Source: an uncultured Candidatus Poseidoniales archaeon
GTDB taxonomy: Archaea; Thermoplasmatota; Poseidoniia; Poseidoniales; Poseidoniaceae
NCBI GenBank assembly: GCA_902563095.1
Contig: CACEWA010000001.1
Span: 104,614-168,613 of the forward strand
DNA length: 64,000 nucleotides
Direction: 5' to 3'
The translations under genes and the position numbers were made by a program. The notes under the pieces are model-generated. The model ran no database searches, was not told the DNA's origin, and was given only the letters and a program-made list of their open reading frames with translations. Below are positions 10,021 through 20,503 of the stretch, one piece after another. Each line of letters opens with the position of its first letter. Position 1 is the stretch's first letter.

Positions 10021-12048
10021 TCATTCTTCCTTTGGTGGAACAATTGTTGGAGTTGCTCTCTTAGAATCGATTTCTTCCAACAACTCATCGATGAATTCAT
10101 CGAAGGGGACCCCTGCTCTTTGATCGCCGTTTCTTGCCCGAATAGAAACGGTGTTGTTGTTGGTTTCATCATCGCCAAGAATCAACATGTATGCTGGTTG
10201 GAATTTCCTATGCATTCGAATCTTCTTTCCGATTGTATCGTCGCCATCATCCAAATCTGCTCTAATTCCAGCAGCCTTGAGTTTAGCAGTAATTTCTTGG
10301 CCGTATTCGACTTGCTTTTCAGAGATTGTCAAAACATGCACCTGGGTTGGCGCAAGCCATGTTGGGAAGCGCCCAGCGAAGTGTTCAATCAATACTCCAC
10401 AGAACCTTTCCATCGAACCGAATGGTGCTCTGTGAATCATCACAGGCCTATGCATTTCTCCATCACTACCCTTGTATTGAAGTTCGAAACGTTCTGGTAG
10501 ATTGTAATCAACTTGGACAGTTCCTAACTGCCATTCTCTACCGATAACATCCTTGACTACGAAATCGATTTTCGGGCCATAGAATGCCGCTTCTCCGGGC
10601 TCTTCGGACCAATTGACACCTAGGCTGTTCGCAGCTGCACGACATGCTTCTTCGGCTAAATCCCACTTTTCGCTGGCACCGACATACTTGCTAGAATCAG
10701 GATCTCTAAGTCCGACTCTGACACGATAATCGTTCATCCCCAATGCTTCGAAGATTACCTGAACTAATTCGATACAGCCCATTACCTCATTTGCAATTTG
10801 GTCTTCTGTAACGAATAAATGAGCGTCGTCTTGTGTGAATCCTCTAACCCTAGTTAAACCGGAAATCTCTCCGGATTGCTCCCAGCGATAGACCGTCCCG
10901 AACTCTGCTAATCTCAATGGTAAGTCACGGTATGAACGTGCCTGGGAGGAGTAAATCTTGATGTGGTGAGGACAATTCATTGGTTTCAGCATATATCCTT
11001 CAATATCGCCTTCAGCCATCATATTCGACAACTCACCACAACTGCATCCTTCTTTGGCAAGACGGGCCATCATATCTTTTTCAACCAATGGAGGATATTG
11101 CGAATCCTGATAGTATGGGAAGTGACCACTGGTTCTGTACAAGTCTAATTTTCCGATGTGAGGAGTGTATACCTGATGGTATCCTTGTCTGGTTAGATGC
11201 TCGGAAATGAAGTCCTGTAAGCAAGAGCGGATAATTGCACCACGTGGTGTCCAAAGTATGAGGCCTTGACCTACATCTTCGTCAACATGGAATAACTGCA
11301 AATCTTTACCCAGTTTCCTGTGATCTCTTTTCTTAGCTTCCTCGATAGCAGACATTGTTGCCTTTAGAGCATCCTTGGTTGGCTCGACTATCCCATAAAT
11401 TCGAGTTAATTGCTCGCGGCTTTGGTCACCTCTCCAAAAAGCGGAAGATACCGATGTCAGTCTCACATGCATCAACTTAGCTGTTGAGTGAACGTGAGGG
11501 CCTAAGCACAAATCATACCATTCTCCTTGACGATAGATGGTCGAACCATCTCCAGCCTCTAATTTATCATTAATGATTTCAATCTTGTACGGATTGGAAG
11601 AGAATAATTCATTCAATTCAGAATCGCTACATTCCACTCTCTCAACGGTGATATTACGACGTGCAATTTCATGCATTTTCTTTTGAACTGCTTTCAATTC
11701 AGACTCTCCGAAATCTTCGAGTTCTGCGAAATCATAGTAAAATCCTCTATCGATAGCTGGACCGATTGTTGGCTTAGCATTAGGATAAATCGAAGTTACC
11801 GCTTGTGCTAGCAAGTGAGCCGCACTGTGACGGAGGATGTGAATACCCTCATCAGTGAATCCTGAAATCCCTTCAACTGAACAATCAGAATCTAAAGGCG
11901 CTGAGAAATCTTTCTGTTCTCCGTCGACTAAAGCAGCGACGCAGTCATGCTTTCTGCCTTCGATATCAATTACGATTTCTCCTGCCGTAATACCGGACGC
12001 GTATTCGTTAACTGAACCGTCCGGCAGGGTGACTGAAATCATCGACAT
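10021..12048 (-). CDS. thrS: Threonine--tRNA ligase (bacterial/eukaryotic type with TGS and editing domains)
   Basis: ITLPDG-like TGS start, RHSAAH, DLCLGPH, RDHRKLG, KPMNCPHH, FYGPKID, MIHRAPFGSMERF. GGAGG 7 nt upstream of the ATG at 12048. Confidence 0.96.
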   Translation of the reverse strand: MSMISVTLPDGSVNEYASGITAGEIVIDIEGRKHDCVAALVDGEQKDFSAPLDSDCSVEGISGFTDEGIHILRHSAAHLLAQAVTSIYPNAKPTIGPAIDRGFYYDFAELEDFGESELKAVQKKMHEIARRNITVERVECSDSELNELFSSNPYKIEIINDKLEAGDGSTIYRQGEWYDLCLGPHVHSTAKLMHVRLTSVSSAFWRGDQSREQLTRIYGIVEPTKDALKATMSAIEEAKKRDHRKLGKDLQLFHVDEDVGQGLILWTPRGAIIRSCLQDFISEHLTRQGYHQVYTPHIGKLDLYRTSGHFPYYQDSQYPPLVEKDMMARLAKEGCSCGELSNMMAEGDIEGYMLKPMNCPHHIKIYSSQARSYRDLPLRLAEFGTVYRWEQSGEISGLTRVRGFTQDDAHLFVTEDQIANEVMGCIELVQVIFEALGMNDYRVRVGLRDPDSSKYVGASEKWDLAEEACRAAANSLGVNWSEEPGEAAFYGPKIDFVVKDVIGREWQLGTVQVDYNLPERFELQYKGSDGEMHRPVMIHRAPFGSMERFCGVLIEHFAGRFPTWLAPTQVHVLTISEKQVEYGQEITAKLKAAGIRADLDDGDDTIGKKIRMHRKFQPAYMLILGDDETNNNTVSIRARNGDQRAGVPFDEFIDELLEEIDSKRATPTIVPPKEE

Positions 12049-12140
12049 GGTCTTGCCTCCGCCCCCTACGGGGGCGCTCCTGCCTTTCACCTTGGCGATT
12101 AACAATCGCCAAAAATTGAGTTATCTGCCATTCGAGTGGA

Positions 12141-12404
12141 TTACCACTCTACATCAAAATCGTCGCCTTCTTTGGATGATGGCTGTGAGACTACTTCCAC
12201 ATGCTTCTTTTCTGGAGCAGGTTGTTGTTTCTTTGACATACGAATCTCGCTTCGTGTCTCGACCACATCTCTTTGTCCACGGAAGGCTGGAGCCTCGTGC
12301 ACTTTGACCTCTTTCTTCTCATCAGGAGGTGATTCTTTCTTCTCTTCTTCGATTTGGTTTTTCCAAGCGCCCTCGAAAGTCAAGTCGTCCTTGCGCCTCT
12401 GCAT
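12141..12404 (-). CDS. Small charged, probably disordered hypothetical protein
   Basis: 87 aa E/K-rich ORF filling the gap upstream of thrS and ending in FDVEW. Confidence 0.55.
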   Translation of the reverse strand: MQRRKDDLTFEGAWKNQIEEEKKESPPDEKKEVKVHEAPAFRGQRDVVETRSEIRMSKKQQPAPEKKHVEVVSQPSSKEGDDFDVEW

Positions 12405-12468
12405 GTTAAATCCTTGAAACTAACAATACATAATCGGTTTGATGTATCGTGAACATCTGGACCTCAAT

Positions 12469-13572
12469 ATGCGCCTAGCGGTCATCGTCAATCCAGATGC
12501 CGGCCTTGGAGGAAGGCTCGGTTTCAAAGGAAGTGATGGTAGAGCAGCCGAAGCACGTGCAGCAGGAGCCCAAGACAGGGCGGGCCCTAGAATGCGACAG
12601 TGCTTGGAGAAACTTTCCGAATTGGCAAGAGAACCTATTGAAATCGTTGCATGGGATGGTAGAATGGGAGGAGATTGGATCCCTGGAGAATACACTTCAA
12701 CAGGAGTTACACCAGAATTTACTGACGCTAGTTCAACCTCTGATTTCATCAAAGCACATTCTCCGGACTTATTCCTATACGCTGGCGGTGATGGTACAAC
12801 ACGAGATATTGTCGAGGCATTGGATGAAAGGAACATCCCACTGGTAGGAGTTCCTGGTGGAGTGAAGATGCACAGCGGTTGCTTTGCTACCACTCCTAAG
12901 GCCGCTGCTGAAGTGGTTTGGTCATTCGTAACTGGGGACTTGATGGTTGCTAGAACTGAAGTCATGGATTTAGATGAAGAGGTCTACAGGAAAGGCGAGT
13001 GGAAAGTTCGGATGTATGGTGAAGCATTCACCCCAGCAAGTCCTAGATGGATGCAGGGAGCTAAAGAGCAAGTTCAGAGAGAATCCGAAGAAGAGACCCT
13101 TGAGGCAATGGCAATGCATGTTGCTAGCCTAATCGAAGATGATCCAGATTTGATGATTGTCTGGGGCAGTGGTGGAACACTGAGGCAAATTTGTCTAGAA
13201 AACGGATTTGATTCAACACTACTCGGCATCGATATACAGCATAGAGGTCAAATGTATCCCGACCTAAATGAGGAAGGTTTGCTTGAACGTATAGCCACCC
13301 ATGATGGTAAAATCCTGCTATTGCTATCACCTATGGGTGGTCAAGGATTCCTAATCGGCAGAGGTAACTTGCAACTTTCGCCCGATGTACTGCGTGCGAT
13401 TGGAACAGACAATATTCTTGGCATTGCAACTCCAGCTAAACTCCTAGGGCTAAACGAATTGAGAATCGATACCGGTGACGAAAACCTAGATTCTGAAATT
13501 CGTGCCAAGAAATATCTCAAGGTCTTACAGGGTTACAGAACTACTAGAGTAATCAGAGTGGCAGAGGATTAG
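12469..13572 (+). CDS. ATP-NAD kinase / AcoX-like family protein
   Basis: VNPDAGLGG..GFKGSDG, AGGDGTTRD, GVKMHSG and GGQGFLIGRGNLQLS motifs. Confidence 0.88.
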   Translation: MRLAVIVNPDAGLGGRLGFKGSDGRAAEARAAGAQDRAGPRMRQCLEKLSELAREPIEIVAWDGRMGGDWIPGEYTSTGVTPEFTDASSTSDFIKAHSPDLFLYAGGDGTTRDIVEALDERNIPLVGVPGGVKMHSGCFATTPKAAAEVVWSFVTGDLMVARTEVMDLDEEVYRKGEWKVRMYGEAFTPASPRWMQGAKEQVQRESEEETLEAMAMHVASLIEDDPDLMIVWGSGGTLRQICLENGFDSTLLGIDIQHRGQMYPDLNEEGLLERIATHDGKILLLLSPMGGQGFLIGRGNLQLSPDVLRAIGTDNILGIATPAKLLGLNELRIDTGDENLDSEIRAKKYLKVLQGYRTTRVIRVAED

Positions 13573-13687
13573 ACGAAGGCGAATGGAAAGGGTGTTCGGC
13601 CTACACAAAGGGTACCCATGCAAACGGGGGCTTTTGATAGGGTTTTGCGAGGGTATAATTTACATTAGTTCTGCGGGATTTTACAAA

Positions 13688-15100
13688 TTATCGAATTTTG
13701 TCTTTCTGTTCTCTAATCTGTTTCTCAATGCGAAAGATTTCTCTGGGTAAATCACTTAATGCCATTTCCGTCACCAGATAGTAACCTAGGTCTGTTTCTC
13801 CCGGCACCAACTTGCTAAATATCCGCTTCGTTTCCAAGAGCTTGTCACGTTTTTCCTGCAAACGTTCTTCCAACCGCTCGATCGTGCGTTTTATTCTATT
13901 TACCAAATTCGGGTTCTCCTTTTTCCATAGTTTTTGTCTAATTTTTACTAGTTTCCGTTTTGTTTCTGCTGCTAATTTTGCCGATGGAATAACTACATTC
14001 TTGCGTAATGAAAAAAACTCATTACCATAGGGAAAGGAAAGAAAGACATTTTGAAAATCGCCCGACAAACCGCATTCTGTTAAATCTAAATAACCAGAAT
14101 GTGTATCTTCTGCATCCCACCCCGTAACCGCAAAGAACTCTTCCTTCAGATCCAATTCCTTAGAATCTCGATCAGGCAGAAAATCTTGTTTTAATGAGAC
14201 ATCTACCCTAAATTGATGCTTTCCATCTGATAATACCGCCATATACCATTCCCATTCATGTTCACGGGCATCTGAAAGAAATTCGTCAAACATTTCTATC
14301 TGCTTTTCAGCCTCGGCAAGTGAATTGGGTTGATTATTAAGTTTAGTACTAAGAAACTGAGGAAATTTCTTACCCTGTTTTTCAAAGAGGTTAGATTTCT
14401 TCTTCAATTCATTCACCCCTTTCATTAATTCACTTCTATTTTCCCTTTGATGTTGGAAATTCCTACGTCTTTTTGACAATTCAGCTTCTTTTTCTGTTCG
14501 TTTTTCCTCATTCTTCGCGATCAATCTCTCCCACTCTTCGATAACTTTACGTTTGCCATATTTGCTAAACTCAAGTAGGTGTGAATCGGGCCATTGTGAT
14601 ATATCGATTAATAATGTAGATTCGTTTGTCTGAACCCTTTTTCTATTCTTATCGACAATTGTGATATCTGTGAACTTCCAATCAATATTCTCAGACTTAT
14701 TGTGGACAATATTGATGTCAGAAGATTTAGAGGTAGATTGATCCCATGATTTAATTCGGAAGATGCCCTGAACCTCTTCTTTTTCATTTTCAAACCATTC
14801 TATTAGATCGTGAAAAAACTGTGAAAAACGGTATGACTCACTTCTATTTCTCATGATTCTCTCAAATTTACAATTACTATCCTTGATGAAATTTCCCGTC
14901 CCAATCCAAAAGTGAGGGCTTCCTGGTCCCTTGCGAGCAAATAATGTATGGCCTGTACGCGGTGTCCTTTTGTAACAATCTGCATGGCAATGGATATCTC
15001 CTGTCCGTAAATCATTCCTCTCCCTTTTTTTGATAGCATCTTGAGCAGAAATCAAACTATCAGTTGGCCAATAATAAGCCAGAGAGGGCCATTTCCCCAT
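13688..15100 (-). CDS. Accessory hypothetical protein: CoiA-like N-terminus plus coiled coil
   Basis: C...C...LFARKG..PHFW..C..ES..F...L.EWF resembles the competence protein CoiA N-terminus. K/E-rich coiled coils follow. Visibly more AT-rich than its neighbours. Confidence 0.5.
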   Translation of the reverse strand: MGKWPSLAYYWPTDSLISAQDAIKKRERNDLRTGDIHCHADCYKRTPRTGHTLFARKGPGSPHFWIGTGNFIKDSNCKFERIMRNRSESYRFSQFFHDLIEWFENEKEEVQGIFRIKSWDQSTSKSSDINIVHNKSENIDWKFTDITIVDKNRKRVQTNESTLLIDISQWPDSHLLEFSKYGKRKVIEEWERLIAKNEEKRTEKEAELSKRRRNFQHQRENRSELMKGVNELKKKSNLFEKQGKKFPQFLSTKLNNQPNSLAEAEKQIEMFDEFLSDAREHEWEWYMAVLSDGKHQFRVDVSLKQDFLPDRDSKELDLKEEFFAVTGWDAEDTHSGYLDLTECGLSGDFQNVFLSFPYGNEFFSLRKNVVIPSAKLAAETKRKLVKIRQKLWKKENPNLVNRIKRTIERLEERLQEKRDKLLETKRIFSKLVPGETDLGYYLVTEMALSDLPREIFRIEKQIREQKDKIR

Positions 15101-15234
15101 GACCACAATTCATAGTAGCCCCTATTGAACCATTCGTTTTTTGAAAAATCAATTGAGGCCTGAAATCAAATATTCAATTCAGAGATTTGAATGGGCTTTG
15201 CGTGGGTCATTTTAGACGCTACCCTCTGATTGAA

Positions 15235-16851
15235 TCAAACAGTTTCCCCAGAAGCTGCCTTTAACAGTCCCAAGAATGGGGGACTTGGCTTCTCTGGCCT
15301 ACTCTTGAATTCAGGATGGTATTGAACTCCAACATAATACGGGTGTCCCTCTAACTCAAAGATTTCACAGCGTTGGCCAGTCTCATCCTTTCCAACGTAA
15401 ACAAGTCCAGCGCTCTCAATCTTCTCAATCAGGTCTGGATTTACTTCGTAGCGATGACGGTGGCGTTCATCTACCTGTGAGCCTCCGCCATACAGGCGCT
15501 TAGTCATACAATCGTCAACTTGGAAGATTGTAGGACGGCTTCCTAATCTCATTGTTCCGCCAAGATGGGTCTTGGAAATTTCTGGCATGAATACCACAGC
15601 AGGATTAGGAGTGTTCTCATCAAACTCTGTGGAATTAGCTCCTTCTAGGCCGAGAACGTTTCGGCAGAATTCTATGGTTGCGACCTGTAGTCCAAGACAA
15701 ATTCCGAGGTAGGGAACTTGATTGGTTCTAGCGTACTCGGCGGCGAGAATCTTTCCTTCAATGCCTCGAACACCGAACCCTCCTGGAACAAGGATTCCAT
15801 CTGCATTTCTCAGCACATCCCAGTCTGAATGGGTTGTGTCTACTAGATTTTCAGCCTCGATCCAATCGATTACCAGCGTTCGGTTTACAGCATATGAAGC
15901 GTGTTCTAGACCTTTAATGACTGAAAGGTAGGAATCTGATAATCCAGTGTACTTTCCAACCATTGCAATGTGGACATCATCACCAAGGTTGTCTACACGG
16001 TCGGCCATATCTTCCCAACGGCTCATCAGATCGGTAGCATTGCAGTCGATGTCTAGGGCATCACATATTCCTTGGTCACGTAATAGAAGTGGGACGCGGT
16101 AGATATTGGATACGTCATGAGCACTCATTACCGCATTTGGTGATACATGACAGAACGCTGCAAGTTTCTCTCTGGTCTCTTTTGCCAATGGTGCTTCAGC
16201 ACGGCAAACTATCACATCTGGAGTAATTCCAAGACCTCGTAATTCCTTGACTGTATGTTGGGTTGGCTTGGTTTTCTGTTCTCCAACAGGACCCATTACT
16301 GGTACTAGTGAAACGTGTACGAAACAGATGTTTTCTCGTCCTACTCTGAACTGGAACTGACGCAACGCTTCAATGAAAGGAGATGATTCAATATCTCCGA
16401 CAGTTCCTCCAAGTTCGATAACACAGGCTTCTGGAGTTTCGCCACTACCATCTGCTGATACTGCAGAGATGCGCTCAATCCAATCTTGAATTGCATCAGT
16501 TATGTGAGGGATTACCTGTACTGTCTTTCCAAGATAATCGCCACGGCGTTCGGCTTCGATTACCTGTGAGTAGATTTTCCCTGTGGTGATGTTGTTGTCT
16601 TTGTATAAGTCAAGCCCACAGAAGCGTTCATAGTTTCCAAGGTCGAGGTCGGCTTCGCCGCCATCATCGAGAACAAACACTTCACCGTGCTCAAATGGTG
16701 ACATTGTTCCAGCATCGCTGTTTAGGTAAGGATCTATTTTGACTGCAGTGACTCTGAGTCCAGCGCTTTTGAGAAGAACTCCGATGCTAGATGCGGTAAC
16801 ACCTTTGCCAAGTCCGCTGAGGACGCCTCCCGAGACAACGACATACTTCAT
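15235..16851 (-). CDS. pyrG: CTP synthase
   Basis: [47 protein letters not shown] and QYHPEF motifs. Confidence 0.98.
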   Translation of the reverse strand: MKYVVVSGGVLSGLGKGVTASSIGVLLKSAGLRVTAVKIDPYLNSDAGTMSPFEHGEVFVLDDGGEADLDLGNYERFCGLDLYKDNNITTGKIYSQVIEAERRGDYLGKTVQVIPHITDAIQDWIERISAVSADGSGETPEACVIELGGTVGDIESSPFIEALRQFQFRVGRENICFVHVSLVPVMGPVGEQKTKPTQHTVKELRGLGITPDVIVCRAEAPLAKETREKLAAFCHVSPNAVMSAHDVSNIYRVPLLLRDQGICDALDIDCNATDLMSRWEDMADRVDNLGDDVHIAMVGKYTGLSDSYLSVIKGLEHASYAVNRTLVIDWIEAENLVDTTHSDWDVLRNADGILVPGGFGVRGIEGKILAAEYARTNQVPYLGICLGLQVATIEFCRNVLGLEGANSTEFDENTPNPAVVFMPEISKTHLGGTMRLGSRPTIFQVDDCMTKRLYGGGSQVDERHRHRYEVNPDLIEKIESAGLVYVGKDETGQRCEIFELEGHPYYVGVQYHPEFKSRPEKPSPPFLGLLKAASGETV

Positions 16852-17040
16852 GTCCTTCAACGGGCTTTGAGGCGGTCGCGCCTCCCCTTTCAACATTGGG
16901 TCGCGTCCGGAAACAAAATGCATGGATTAAAACACAATTAATCCAATTCTACAAAGGATACTGCGAGATAGTTTTCGCTTTTACACACTAAAAATTTCAT
17001 AATTGATAGATTTCGAAATTTCCGTTGCCGAGCACAAAAA

Positions 17041-17988
17041 TCATTGCTTGAGAGATTCAATCATTATGTCGCACATAGAATCGAGGTCATATTCCAACTG
17101 GAATCCCCATTCCTGTTCTGCTAATGCACCATCTGTTTCATCGGGCCATGAGTTTGCATATTCTTGGCGGTGATCGGGGGAAAACTCACATTCGAAGCCG
17201 GGTATTTTTTCACGAATCTTGTTGTATAGGTCTTCTGCGGTAAAATTCAGACTAGGAAGATTGTAACCTCCTCGTACCGATAAGTCCTCACTCGGAGCGT
17301 CCATTAATTGCAAAGTTGCTTTGATTGCATCATCCATGTACATCATTGGCAATCGGGTCTGACGATTTACGAAGCAAGTGTAACTCTCTGATGCTACTGC
17401 TTTATGGAAAATTTCTACAGCGTAATCAGTGGTTCCTCCACCAGGCATAACCTTCCATGAGATTAGCCCGGGATAACGTAGCCCTCTGATATCAACTCCG
17501 TGAACAGCGTGATAATACTCAGCCATCAACTCCCCAGCAACCTTCGTCACTCCATACATAGTTGAAGGGTTCTTAGGTGAATTTTGATGAGCAATTGTAC
17601 CAACGTCTGAACCGAAAACCGCTATTGAAGAAGGGGCGAAAATTCTGAATTTATACTTACGAGATAATTCTAATACATTCATCAATCCATCCATGTTTAT
17701 CTTCCAACATAGTTCTGGGTTTTTCTCTCCGGTTGCAGAAAGTATTGCAGCTAGGTGATACACTTCGTTGATGCTATGCTCTTGGATTATCTTCTCTAGT
17801 TCGCTATGATCTAGAATGTCTAATTTTTGAAATTGGAAATTCAGACCATGTGAATTGTCAGGTTCCCTAATATCTGTTGCAATGACATTCTTTGAGCCAA
17901 ACTTGTGAAGTAATGCATCTAGCAACTCCATTCCGATCTGGCCTAGGGCTCCAGTGACCAAGATTCGTCTATCTCCCGAGTCGCCCAT
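17041..17988 (-). CDS. NAD-dependent L-threonine 3-dehydrogenase (extended SDR type)
   Basis: VTGALGQIG, HLAAILSATGE, PSSIAVFG, YGVTK, PGGGTTDYAV and LPMMYM motifs. Confidence 0.88.
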   Translation of the reverse strand: MGDSGDRRILVTGALGQIGMELLDALLHKFGSKNVIATDIREPDNSHGLNFQFQKLDILDHSELEKIIQEHSINEVYHLAAILSATGEKNPELCWKINMDGLMNVLELSRKYKFRIFAPSSIAVFGSDVGTIAHQNSPKNPSTMYGVTKVAGELMAEYYHAVHGVDIRGLRYPGLISWKVMPGGGTTDYAVEIFHKAVASESYTCFVNRQTRLPMMYMDDAIKATLQLMDAPSEDLSVRGGYNLPSLNFTAEDLYNKIREKIPGFECEFSPDHRQEYANSWPDETDGALAEQEWGFQLEYDLDSMCDIMIESLKQ

Positions 17989-18069
17989 AAGACACCTACA
18001 GTAGAGTCGATACTTGAACCTAAAGGTGCCTAGAAAAATTATCTTGAAGCGATATCTGAGCAGAATTAC

Positions 18070-19659
18070 TCATTCTGCGCCAAAGCCTTGGAGTTGCTCT
18101 TGTACCTCGTCGGGGACTTGAGCATCCATTTGTGCCCAGAGAACATCATCGATTCTAAGTATACTAATCGCTGCTTCCGTGGCTCCTGAAATCGCCTGTT
18201 GAGTAATGCTCTTCGGCTCTAAGATGCCTCGAGAAATTGTGTCCTTTGCTTCACCATCATTCAAGTCTAATCCCATGTAATCCCCTGAATCATTGTGAGC
18301 AGCTGTTAGTTTGAGCAAAGAGTCAATTCCATCATAACCAGCATTTGCCGCTAAAGCCCTAGGTATCGATTCCAGAGCATCAGCCCATGCTTCAATTGCA
18401 AGCTGTTCGCGACCTGGTACAGTTTCAGCATACCTTCGAAGTCGGCGGCCAAGGGCGACCTGAGTTGCACCAGCCCCAGGAAGGAGAACTGGTTCTTCCA
18501 ACAATTGACAGGCTACTCCTAATCCATCAGCAAAACAGCGCTCAACCTCATCTAACACGCTTTGAGTGCTCCCTCTAGCAATCAGAGTTGCTCCACTATC
18601 TTCTGCATCCAAAATCCAGTGATTTACGCCGCCTCTCAATTCCTCTCTAGTCTTGATAAACGCTCCCAAATCTTCCTTGGACGCTCTACCTGCATCAGGA
18701 ACAAGATTTGCTCCGCATGCGCGTGAAAGAAGGTCGAGATCTTTCTTCTCAACTCTACGGTAAGTTAGAATCCCATGCTTAGAGAGTGCTTGTCTTGCTT
18801 CATCATCCACGCCTTCTTTGCATACTAACAAATCGCAACCGATTTCTACGAGATTTTCAACTTGTTTTAGAATGGATTTAGATTCAGCATTTCGGAATGC
18901 ATCTACCATTCCAGCAGATGTTATGTTCAATTTTGTTTCAAATTGAGGTTTTCTGCGTTCTATTCCACCATCCAAGATTAGTATTGAACCTGGGCCACCT
19001 CTCTCTTTCATCTCAGGGTGAATGCGGCTCTTTGCGAGTGCTAATCCTGTAATTAGCGTGGATTCTTGCATATTTCCACCGGTTTGTTTGATGATTTTGA
19101 CTCTTGTAGGGTCTGCTCTTCCCTCAGACAATATTGTCTTACCCGCTTGTAGGGAGATGTTTGCGAGATGCCTTTCCATCCCCTTGTCCAATTTCCCTGC
19201 TAGTGAAGTTTCTATCGCAGATTCAATCTGTTCAGTACTCGCATTAATGGCCAATTCATCTAATGCAGACAAAGCGAAGTTTTCTGCTAATGCGTATCCT
19301 CTTGCAATGATTGCAGGGTGCACACCTTGTCTAACTAATTGCCAAGCATTTCTCAACATTTCAGCGCAAATCACTACGGTGGTGGTTGTGCCATCTCTTG
19401 CAACTCTATCTTGTGTTGATGAAGCGCTGATAATCATTTTAGCGACTGGATGTTCAACTCTTGCGGTCTCAAGTACTGTAACTCCGTCATTGGTTACCAG
19501 AGTTTCACCTTGGTCATCTACCAACAATTTGTCAAGACCCTTTGGACCAAGAGTAGAGCGGATTGCTCCTGCTAGAGCGATTGCGGCTTGGACATTTTTG
19601 CGTAACGCCTCGCGGCCACTTGTTCTCTCAGTAGATTCGAGAATGGTTTCCTCCGCCAT
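18070..19659 (-). CDS. Thermosome (group II chaperonin) subunit, divergent
   Basis: STLGPKGLDK, VTNDGVTVL, (R)DGTTT, IPRALAANAG and ILRIDD motifs. Confidence 0.93.
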   Translation of the reverse strand: MAEETILESTERTSGREALRKNVQAAIALAGAIRSTLGPKGLDKLLVDDQGETLVTNDGVTVLETARVEHPVAKMIISASSTQDRVARDGTTTTVVICAEMLRNAWQLVRQGVHPAIIARGYALAENFALSALDELAINASTEQIESAIETSLAGKLDKGMERHLANISLQAGKTILSEGRADPTRVKIIKQTGGNMQESTLITGLALAKSRIHPEMKERGGPGSILILDGGIERRKPQFETKLNITSAGMVDAFRNAESKSILKQVENLVEIGCDLLVCKEGVDDEARQALSKHGILTYRRVEKKDLDLLSRACGANLVPDAGRASKEDLGAFIKTREELRGGVNHWILDAEDSGATLIARGSTQSVLDEVERCFADGLGVACQLLEEPVLLPGAGATQVALGRRLRRYAETVPGREQLAIEAWADALESIPRALAANAGYDGIDSLLKLTAAHNDSGDYMGLDLNDGEAKDTISRGILEPKSITQQAISGATEAAISILRIDDVLWAQMDAQVPDEVQEQLQGFGAE

Positions 19660-19771
19660 CGACCTTGCGACCCGATAACCTACCTTGAACATGTTGTGAG
19701 GTTGTAAGCGTCGAGTTCATATATGGGCTACTGCTCCGACTATACAACCGATGGTTACCTAGTGGGTGAGA

Positions 19772-20476
19772 ATGATGGCTGAAGACTGGGAAGAAAAGAT
19801 GCTCGAACAGATGGCTGAAATGTTTCAAAAGATGGGTATGACCGTCGATATCAAGCAATTGAAAGCCATGATGAAGCAGTTCCAATCCAAGTTTGAAGCC
19901 ATGGGAATAGACCCCGAGAGGCTTGCAAAGGGAGATGTCAACTTCAATTTCGACATGTCAGACATTTCGAAATTGTTCCAATCAGGAATGCCCCTAGATG
20001 ATATGCTATCCAACCTAGGAGTCGATGTCAAGGTTGATGCGGCACCTGTCGAGGTTGATATTGAAGAAACCGAACAGGACAATGATATTCTCAGGCTTCC
20101 TTCGGAAAACATCTATCTTTCAGGATGGAATATGTCAATCACAGTCGATTTCTCTACGCGAACAGACTTCGAAGAAATCGAAGTTGCACTCTCAAGCGGT
20201 GGTGAATTGTTACAGGTTCTCTCCGACCCAACCGAGCCGCCGCTAGCTCAAATCGAACTGCCGCACCAGTGTGACGACGTTGTTGACTGGTCGATAAATA
20301 ACGGAATCCTTGACATAACCTTGAAACTAACACCACAAGGTTCTGCTGTGGAATCCGATTCAGAAGACATCGATGATGATGTCGAAGACGATCTTGCTCC
20401 CGTCTCCTCCGATGTAAGCGTAGACCTTGCAGATGACGACGAAGACGAAGATGATGGAGGAATCCCGATTTTTTGA
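19772..20476 (+). CDS. Hsp20/alpha-crystallin-like protein with Met-rich N-terminus and acidic tail
   Basis: IELP...V..SINNGILDITLK matches the alpha-crystallin C-terminal signature. Ends in IPI, an IXI-like motif. Lies directly upstream of dnaK. Confidence 0.6.
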   Translation: MMAEDWEEKMLEQMAEMFQKMGMTVDIKQLKAMMKQFQSKFEAMGIDPERLAKGDVNFNFDMSDISKLFQSGMPLDDMLSNLGVDVKVDAAPVEVDIEETEQDNDILRLPSENIYLSGWNMSITVDFSTRTDFEEIEVALSSGGELLQVLSDPTEPPLAQIELPHQCDDVVDWSINNGILDITLKLTPQGSAVESDSEDIDDDVEDDLAPVSSDVSVDLADDDEDEDDGGIPIF

Positions 20477-20503
20477 AATCGGAAATTTTACGGATGTGAA
20501 ATA

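Noticed and set aside
13640-15210. Flanking near-repeat TTTGCG(A/T)GGGT on both sides of the CoiA-like gene as a target-site duplication
   Set aside because: It is only 11 bp with a mismatch and there is no transposase, so chance is a sufficient explanation.
19022-19678. Long antisense ORFs (for example 19022-19678, 21484-22056, 52752-53384, 2555-3121, 12420-12965)
   Set aside because: They are shadow frames opposite well-supported genes, with Ser/Ile-rich translations and no motifs.
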